The position numbers and the translations under genes are program-made. A model generated the notes under the pieces. That model searched no databases and had not been told where the DNA came from. It saw only the letters and a program-made list of their open reading frames with translations. This document shows positions 20,631 to 27,440 of a DNA stretch of 52,056 nucleotides, in pieces (the first letter of the stretch is position 1; each line of letters begins with the position of its first letter). The stretch lies in assembly GCA_947165475.1 (NCBI GenBank), contig CAMVAN010000002.1, positions 1-52,056 of the forward strand, in the 5' to 3' direction. The stretch comes from an uncultured Bacillales bacterium (GTDB lineage Bacteria > Bacillota_I > Bacilli_A > RF39 > UBA660).

Positions 20631-22346
20631 TTATTTTCTTTTTATGTTTTTATTAAGTGCACTTTTTATTCTTTGTATTTCTTCTTCAGTTAAAACTGTA
20701 TTATGAATAATTGCTTGGAACAAAGCTTCTATTTTATCTTCGCTGTTTCTATTATAATATCTTTTTACTCTATTTTTAGATATTAATAGTCCATCTATTA
20801 TATATACTCTACTATTACCTTCTGAATATTCTATTAACTCTGGTATTTCACTATTATCATTTTGTTTTTCACATTCTTTTTGAATATACATTGTATAATT
20901 AAAAATATATTTATCTATTTCATTATCAGGTATTTCAAATTTATTTTTTTCTAGTATTTCATATATATCTTTTATTCTATATGGAATTGTACCAATATTT
21001 TTTATTAATATTAGTCTTTTTAGATGTTCATTATTTAATATTTCTAAATTTTTTTCTAGTTCGTTTTCTAATCCTATTTCTAATGATATATCTATTTTTT
21101 CTGCTAGTTTAGGATTTCTTAAGTAATTTAAATTAGTTCCATTCTTCATATAATTTATTAAATTATATTGTTTTAATATCTTAAGATTTTCTTTTAAAAA
21201 GTCGTTGTTTATAATTGCTTCTGGCGAATTAATAAACATCATTGGATTAATACCTATAAATGTTAAATGTCGATAGTTTTTCATTAATGATTTATGTTCT
21301 TTACTATTTTCATCTAAAACTTCTGGATAATTTATTAATACTTGTTTTTCTATAATACCATTTTTTAGTAAATTTATTATCATATTAAATGATTCTATAC
21401 TTGATATATTTTCTATACATTTTACTATTATTTCTTTATTATCAAAAAAAATTGTAAGTTGATTTAATATATTTTGTATTGATTCATATGATATTTTTAT
21501 TATTTTTTCAAGGTTAACTTCTTTAGCTTCAATATTATATTTTGATAATAATGCGATATAACTATTTTTTGAGTTTTCTTTCTTTAAATAATTATATTTA
21601 TTATCTTGCTCAATTTGTATTCTTATATTATGGTTATATATGTATAATAGTATTTGTCTTTTTATTTTTTCATTACTTATATTTTTAATTGATGATTCTA
21701 TTTTAATGATTTCTTTTTGGTTTTTATATTTTTGAATATCTTTTTTTGAATCTTCATATTGTTTTATTTGTTTTTTTAAATCATTAATATCATGCTTTAG
21801 TGTACGAATTACACAATTGATATTTCTTTCTATATTTTTTATTTCTTGACTATGAATTAAAATCCTAGATTTTATTTCATTATTCTTTATTGTAGTAAAT
21901 AAGTAAATTGCATAAATAAATATATTTTTATTTTTAACTAAGTATTTTTTCATTATTTTTATAACTTCTTCTATATCTTGAATTTTTTTATTATTTAGTT
22001 TTCTTAAAAAAATATTTATTTCTTTTGCTACTTCTTTTTCTTTATTTATATTTTTATACATAGTTTCTAATATTTTGACTAGGTTATAATAGTTTTTTTC
22101 ATCAATTTTATCTAATAAGGGTTTTAATATTTTCATGTCATTTTCTATATTATTGAAATATCTAATATCATCACCTACAAGTGTTATTGTTATGTATTCT
22201 GTTGGTGATAGGTCTTGAATTTTTGTTTTTGTTTTTAGTGATTCACTTGCTGTTTGATAGAGGTCTAGGATTTTTTGCTTTTCTTCTATTCTATTTTTTT
22301 GTAATTGAATTTCTGCGTTAATATCTTCTATAATTTCTTCTATCAT
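20631..22346 (-). CDS. Hypothetical 571-aa alpha-helical repeat protein; third gene of the 25083->20631 operon
   Basis: The start overlaps the upstream stop by 4 nt (ATGA). The N-terminal half is coiled-coil-like. The C-terminal half has repeated units of about 30-35 aa with a conserved Pro (INYPEVL, INSPEAI, LRNPKL). Confidence 0.5.
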   Translation of the reverse strand: MIEEIIEDINAEIQLQKNRIEEKQKILDLYQTASESLKTKTKIQDLSPTEYITITLVGDDIRYFNNIENDMKILKPLLDKIDEKNYYNLVKILETMYKNINKEKEVAKEINIFLRKLNNKKIQDIEEVIKIMKKYLVKNKNIFIYAIYLFTTIKNNEIKSRILIHSQEIKNIERNINCVIRTLKHDINDLKKQIKQYEDSKKDIQKYKNQKEIIKIESSIKNISNEKIKRQILLYIYNHNIRIQIEQDNKYNYLKKENSKNSYIALLSKYNIEAKEVNLEKIIKISYESIQNILNQLTIFFDNKEIIVKCIENISSIESFNMIINLLKNGIIEKQVLINYPEVLDENSKEHKSLMKNYRHLTFIGINPMMFINSPEAIINNDFLKENLKILKQYNLINYMKNGTNLNYLRNPKLAEKIDISLEIGLENELEKNLEILNNEHLKRLILIKNIGTIPYRIKDIYEILEKNKFEIPDNEIDKYIFNYTMYIQKECEKQNDNSEIPELIEYSEGNSRVYIIDGLLISKNRVKRYYNRNSEDKIEALFQAIIHNTVLTEEEIQRIKSALNKNIKRK

Positions 22347-23299
22347 TTTTTTGCGTACCCCCTTTCTAGTAATTCAAATAATTTTGTATCTATATCTAAA
22401 TTTTCTTCTATATATTCAGGATTCGTACATATTTTTTTGATTTTATCTTTATTTTTTTTATAATAGCTTATTTTTGATTCTAGATATTGACGGTAGGCTC
22501 TATCACTATTAGATTTCTTTGTAAAAATGGAAATAATTACATACTGATTAGATGAAATTCTTTCAAAAACTACTCTTACTTGATAACCTTTTACTTCTGG
22601 GATTCCTTTTACTTTATCATTTTCAGTTAATCTTTTTACGTTTTTAAATGTACCATCTTTTATGGAGTTTAGTAATTCTGCTATTCTTTCATAAAATGAT
22701 GTGTCTATACTTTTTATTTCTTCTATTGCTTGAATATTACCTGCATCTGTTTTTAGAAATAACAACTGATTTTCTATATTTTCAGTTTCTTGATCTTCAT
22801 CTTCATCATCTTTTTGGTAGAATGCATCTATTAATAATCTTCTTCTAGTATAAATATCATTAATCTCTTCTCTTGCTGCTTTATATTCCTCTTTTTTTAG
22901 TTCTAACTCTTGTATACATTCATACCAATCTTTTAATATTAAGTTTAGTTGAAGCAATATTATATTAATAATATCGCAATAGCGTTCATTTTTTATTGAT
23001 GGTAAAGTGCTTAGATATTCAGTTTTTAATTCATTTAATTCTAGGCCCATAAATTCGTTATAGTAATATTGTATTTCTTCATCTACTATTATTTTTGTTT
23101 CATCTTTTCTTGATAGTATATTTTTTATTTCTTTATTATTACTTGACTTTAATATTGAATTTTGTTCTTTTTTAGCTGCCTCTAATAATAATTTATATTC
23201 TTTTTTTTTTCTATCATAAGTAGTGTTATTACTGTTAATAATAGATTCTAAGTCTTTGATTGATATTGATTCTGTTTCATCTATTAGTATATAATCCAT
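22343..23299 (-). CDS. Hypothetical 318-aa protein with a RelE/ParE(Gp49/HigB)-like C-terminal domain
   Basis: The C-terminal ~130 aa reads ...KRLTENDKVKGIPEVKGYQVRVVFERISSNQYVIISIFTKKSNSD..., matching the G-[YS]-R-[IV]-[IV]-[FY]...[IL][IL].I[FY].KK toxin-fold signature. The N-terminal ~180 aa are coiled-coil and acidic. Confidence 0.45.
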   Translation of the reverse strand: MDYILIDETESISIKDLESIINSNNTTYDRKKKEYKLLLEAAKKEQNSILKSSNNKEIKNILSRKDETKIIVDEEIQYYYNEFMGLELNELKTEYLSTLPSIKNERYCDIINIILLQLNLILKDWYECIQELELKKEEYKAAREEINDIYTRRRLLIDAFYQKDDEDEDQETENIENQLLFLKTDAGNIQAIEEIKSIDTSFYERIAELLNSIKDGTFKNVKRLTENDKVKGIPEVKGYQVRVVFERISSNQYVIISIFTKKSNSDRAYRQYLESKISYYKKNKDKIKKICTNPEYIEENLDIDTKLFELLERGYAKK

Positions 23300-23305
23300 T
23301 ATTTA

Positions 23306-25024
23306 TCACCTCTTTTTTGTCTTTATTTTATGTCTTATTTTACCTATTCCTATTGTTGCTAAACCTATTATTCCTATTCCACTGATTCCTATAGGTATTT
23401 TTGATTCGATTTTGTTAAACTCTTTAATTTCATATAATTTTAAACTTTCTTCCGTAATTATTGGATTTTCAAAATCTTCTAAGGAATAATCTATAGCTAA
23501 ATGGCCTTCACTATTTTTTGCTCCAGCGTTTATACAACTATCAGTTACTTGATTTAAAGTTGCTTGAGTGATTTCAATTTCATCGAAGGCAGGATTTACT
23601 TCTGATATATCTATATCTTTTTTATCTTCTGTATATTGAGATCCACCTGCTATCCATAGTTCAAAATTATCAGGAACTGTATTATCTATATTTATTATTT
23701 TTTGTGTTAATGATTGGTTTGCATAAATTCCAGAAATATAACCATTCTCATTCATTTTGTCTTTCCATGCATTTAAACTTGCAATTAAAGTTTCATCTGT
23801 AAAATTATCAAGTGTTTCTAAGTCAAAGAATACTGGATACTTTATTTTACTATCTTTTATTGTATTTAGAGTTGTTTCTATTTGCTCATTAAACCTTTTC
23901 ATAAATTCTTCTTTAGATTCATTTTTTTTGGGATATACTTCATTCGTACAATATACTCCTATTGGTATATTATTTTCTTCACATGCTGCTTCATTATATT
24001 TAAAGCATTCATCTTCTGTATTTCCGTGATTACTTCGAATAATAATAAAATCAAAATCCATATTATTCCAATCCGTATCTTTTCCTTGCATCTCACTTAT
24101 ATCACAACCCATTAAAGGTTCTTCTAGTGTTACATAAGAATCTTTTCCGTATAATATTCTTTCTTGTTTAGTTGGTAATTTTATTGTTATTTTATTATCT
24201 TTATTTAATTGATGCTTTACTAATAACTCAAATAATTCATTATATTTTAATAATGATTCTATACTTATATTGTTTTTGTAAGCTAGTTCTTCTAGTTCTT
24301 CCCATGACTTAATACTAACTTTTTTATCTTTCATAAAATTAGATGGTTTATTTAATCCTTTTTCTTTTATATATACTGCTATATCTTTTGTTGCGTGTAT
24401 TCTTCCTTTTTCGTCTTTATATACATTATAATTACCTTCATAATCTTGATTATTATCCATTATTACGTATACATCTGACTCTTTTATATCTAAGTATTTT
24501 TCTGCTTTTTGTAGCAAATCATCTTTTCCTGCTATTCCTACATATATACCATTAGATGAACATTTATCTATAAATATATTTATTAAGTTTTGTTTTTCTG
24601 TATTACTTAGTCTTTTGTTTTCCATTATTTCTTTAATATTTATATATACTGGACAATTAACATTATATTTTAAAATTAAATTTTTTACATATTCAATATC
24701 ATTATATATTTCATAATCTTTTTCTGCTGTACTATTAATAATAAGACCACAAGCTATTCCTTTTTCATTACAGTATTTTATTTTTTGATCAAATAAAAGG
24801 GTTGCTAAATTTTTACTAGAACCTGCATCTAGTAATACAAAATCAGAACTTTTAACATTAAAGTTTAAGTATGGTATTATATCTTCATGCCCTATTTCAT
24901 GTGGTACTAAGTCTCCACTTACTAATTTTTCTTGATTTAAATGAAATGCAAGCCCAGCACCTGCTGATGCTGTTATTAGTATTGCTAGTGGAATTGCTGG
25001 ATTTATTTTAAATTTATTTATCAT
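23306..25024 (-). CDS. Membrane-anchored protein with tandem GH25-like muramidase domains and a LysM-like linker
   Basis: N-terminal TM (PAIPLAILITASAGAGLAF). Degenerate GH25-like repeat 1 (GIACGLIINS...CPVYINIKE...GIYVGIAG). LysM-like segment (VSIKSWEELEELAYKNNISIESLLKYNEL...ITIKLP). Better-conserved GH25-like repeat 2 (GCDISEMQGKDTDWNNMDFDFIIIRSNHG...IPIGVYC...YPVFFDLE...SGIYAN). C-terminal TM plus basic tail (IGISGIGIIGLATIGIGKIRHKIKTKKR). Confidence 0.6.
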   Translation of the reverse strand: MINKFKINPAIPLAILITASAGAGLAFHLNQEKLVSGDLVPHEIGHEDIIPYLNFNVKSSDFVLLDAGSSKNLATLLFDQKIKYCNEKGIACGLIINSTAEKDYEIYNDIEYVKNLILKYNVNCPVYINIKEIMENKRLSNTEKQNLINIFIDKCSSNGIYVGIAGKDDLLQKAEKYLDIKESDVYVIMDNNQDYEGNYNVYKDEKGRIHATKDIAVYIKEKGLNKPSNFMKDKKVSIKSWEELEELAYKNNISIESLLKYNELFELLVKHQLNKDNKITIKLPTKQERILYGKDSYVTLEEPLMGCDISEMQGKDTDWNNMDFDFIIIRSNHGNTEDECFKYNEAACEENNIPIGVYCTNEVYPKKNESKEEFMKRFNEQIETTLNTIKDSKIKYPVFFDLETLDNFTDETLIASLNAWKDKMNENGYISGIYANQSLTQKIINIDNTVPDNFELWIAGGSQYTEDKKDIDISEVNPAFDEIEITQATLNQVTDSCINAGAKNSEGHLAIDYSLEDFENPIITEESLKLYEIKEFNKIESKIPIGISGIGIIGLATIGIGKIRHKIKTKKR

Positions 25025-25054
25025 ATAATACCCCCCATTCTTTTACTGTTTCAC

Positions 25055-25083
25055 ATTATACCACATATGTAGGTCTTTGTCAA
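25055..25083 (-). promoter_or_regulatory. Consensus sigma-A promoter of the three-gene operon 25024->20631
   Basis: On the minus strand: TTGACA (25078-25083), a 17-nt spacer ending in TGG, then TATAAT (25055-25060). A G-rich RBS precedes the ATG at 25024. Confidence 0.8.
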
Positions 25084-25118
25084 TTTTTTTCTTTTCCCAA
25101 AAAAAATCTGTAAAGAAT

Positions 25119-27065
25119 TTATTCCTTTATAGATTTTTTCTTTATTTTTATTGTTGGATATATTGCATTTAATAAAATACTATTTTCTGAATATTTTTTT
25201 AATTGTTTTTCTACTGCATTTTCTCCTTCTGTGACAATCAAATTATTAATATCTTTTTTAAATTGATTATATTCTTCTAGATTGTTTGTTGATAAATTAT
25301 ATGAATTATTATCGTTTGTTTTATATTCTGCTATATATAAATAATTTGTATCTATATATGGTTCTATCAATTTACCATTTTCATAATAATAGTATTTATT
25401 ATTTATTTTATATATTGGCTTATTTATTTTTTTATTTATTTCTGTTTGATATTCTATTTCACATTCATTTGGTAGTCTTAATATTAGCTGACCTATATAA
25501 TTATATATTTCTGTTTCATTTTCATTTTTGCATATGAAAATATCATCTAGAAAGTCTATTTTAGTATAATTATTATCATTAATCATTTTTATTTCTGATT
25601 TATAATTATTTTGGCAAGCTATTTTATAATAATCCTTTTCTTTTAAGGCTAGAAATAAGTAATTATAAATATTTTGTTTGCTGTCAAATCCTATTTTTAT
25701 TTCATTGTATTTTATTGGTAGAATTATTTTATCTTTTTGTGCTAAACCTAATAAATTTTTTTGTTTAATTATGTTTATGTCATTTATTAATTTTTCTATA
25801 CTATCATATTTTGCGGGTAATAATATATTATCCTCTTCAAAATATTTTGATGGGTAAAATAATCCTACTTTGTTATCTTTTTTAAAAGTATAACTATTAA
25901 AATAAGTGTTATGGTCAATTATATTACAATTTTCAATCAGTGGGGTAATTTTCCATTGATTATTTTCGTATTCCATTGTACATATTGTACTTATTCCATT
26001 ATTATTAAGAATTATACTATATATTCCTATTTGTTCTATTGAATCATATCTTGGCTCTATTGGATTATCATTATAGTTTAGACCTATTGATAAGCCAAGT
26101 TTATTATTATTAATTAATACAAAGTTTTCATCTTTTATTTTTATTTTATCATAGTTTATTTTAACAATTTTCACTATTTTTGGCATATTTTCTTTATTAT
26201 CCCAATAGTTTATTGTTACTTTTATTATTCCGTGTTTATTATTTTTTACTACATCAAAATAATGATCATATTTTCTGTAACCTATTTCTTTCTTATATAG
26301 TAAATTTATATCATCGTATTCTTCACTAGAAATTATTTTTCTTAAAGTTCTACTATATAGTATTTCAATTGTTTTATTATTTTTACATTTAAGCAAAAAT
26401 CCTTCTATTTTTTCTATTTTATTATATTTTTCTGTTTCTTTGATTTTCCCATCTACTTCTTTTTTAGCATATTGTTGTTTATCTTTAGTAAAAATTAATA
26501 GGCCATAATCATTTTCTATATTATCGAATTCTAATGGTTCTTCTATTTCTAATAATTTATTTTCTACATTTATTTTTATTATTCCTTTTTTTTGTTTTGT
26601 TACTATAAAACTCTTATTTGACATTCCTTCAATATATTCTACTTTTTCAAAACCTTCATTTATAATATCATTTTTATTTCTTGCTGTATAACAATTAAAT
26701 ATATGATATTTATTTGTATTAGTATTTTTTAATATTAATAATTCCATATTGTCGTAATATAATGAAAAAATATTGTGTTTTTCTATTAATTCATAATTCT
26801 TAATAAACATACTTTTATTTTTCACATCATATATATTTATTGTATTATTTCCTTCGCTATTTTTATCTTTACTTATTAAGTATATAAATTTATTATCTTT
26901 ATCATTAATTATATCATATTTTCCTTTTTCTATTATTAATTGTTTTGATTTTATGTTATATAGTACGACATATCCATTATCTAATTTTACTATAGCTATA
27001 TCATCAATAATTTCTAGATTGTTGTAAAATACTTTTTCTTTTATTGTTTTATTTTCTATTTCCAT
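25119..27065 (-). CDS. Large cytoplasmic repeat protein with degenerate WG/KWG-like beta repeats
   Basis: Recurrent units of the type ..NK.G(I/L)(I/F)....(I/L)(L/E)P.(K/R)YD(S/E)IE.., for example NKHGIIKV, NKLGLSIG...PRYDSIEQIG, NKVGLFYP...PAKYDSIEKL and LLGLAQKDKIILPIKYNEI. No signal peptide. Confidence 0.5.
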   Translation of the reverse strand: MEIENKTIKEKVFYNNLEIIDDIAIVKLDNGYVVLYNIKSKQLIIEKGKYDIINDKDNKFIYLISKDKNSEGNNTINIYDVKNKSMFIKNYELIEKHNIFSLYYDNMELLILKNTNTNKYHIFNCYTARNKNDIINEGFEKVEYIEGMSNKSFIVTKQKKGIIKINVENKLLEIEEPLEFDNIENDYGLLIFTKDKQQYAKKEVDGKIKETEKYNKIEKIEGFLLKCKNNKTIEILYSRTLRKIISSEEYDDINLLYKKEIGYRKYDHYFDVVKNNKHGIIKVTINYWDNKENMPKIVKIVKINYDKIKIKDENFVLINNNKLGLSIGLNYNDNPIEPRYDSIEQIGIYSIILNNNGISTICTMEYENNQWKITPLIENCNIIDHNTYFNSYTFKKDNKVGLFYPSKYFEEDNILLPAKYDSIEKLINDINIIKQKNLLGLAQKDKIILPIKYNEIKIGFDSKQNIYNYLFLALKEKDYYKIACQNNYKSEIKMINDNNYTKIDFLDDIFICKNENETEIYNYIGQLILRLPNECEIEYQTEINKKINKPIYKINNKYYYYENGKLIEPYIDTNYLYIAEYKTNDNNSYNLSTNNLEEYNQFKKDINNLIVTEGENAVEKQLKKYSENSILLNAIYPTIKIKKKSIKE

Positions 27066-27068
27066 AGA

Positions 27069-27335
27069 TTACTCCTTGTTATATAATTTTTTTATTTTAA
27101 CGCTAGGATTACTATTTTTTGCACTTTGGCTAAGTATACTTTCTAAGTATTCTTCTACCTCATTTTCATTATTATCCCCTATAAATTCTATTAATTTTTT
27201 ATAATCATCTTTATTGTATGTTGTTATTGTATATATTTGTTCATTTATTTTTAATTTTACACTGTAATTCTTTCTAACTTCTATATAAGTTGGATATAAT
27301 TTTCCATTTTCATAATAATAGTAATCTCCTTTTAT
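27069..27335 (-). pseudogene. Remnant of the C-terminal 88 codons of a paralog of the 648-aa repeat protein
   Basis: Open frame with no start codon. It translates to IKGDYYYYENGKLYPTYI...PSVKIKKLYNKE*, collinear with the end of the downstream protein (NKYYYYENGKLIEPYI...PTIKIKKKSIKE*). The DNA at 27300-27325 nearly matches 25370-25395. Confidence 0.7.
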
Positions 27336-27380
27336 TTAATAATAAATTACTATACTTATATTTTTTTTAAAAGTCAACTT

Positions 27381-27424
27381 TATAATACAAAAAAACAAGT
27401 TTTATAATACAAAAAAACAAGTTT
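27381..27424. repeat. Perfect 22-bp tandem direct duplication (2 copies)
   Basis: TATAATACAAAAAAACAAGTTT occurs at 27381-27402 and again at 27403-27424. The second copy forms the left arm of the kinase terminator. Confidence 0.95.
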
Positions 27425-27436
27425 TTACTTGTTTTT
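27403..27436 (-). terminator. Rho-independent terminator of the hybrid histidine kinase gene
   Basis: 10-bp stem AAAAACAAGT(27413-27422)/ACTTGTTTTT(27427-27436) with a 4-nt loop. A T-run follows on the minus transcript. Confidence 0.75.
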
Positions 27437-27440
27437 AGTT

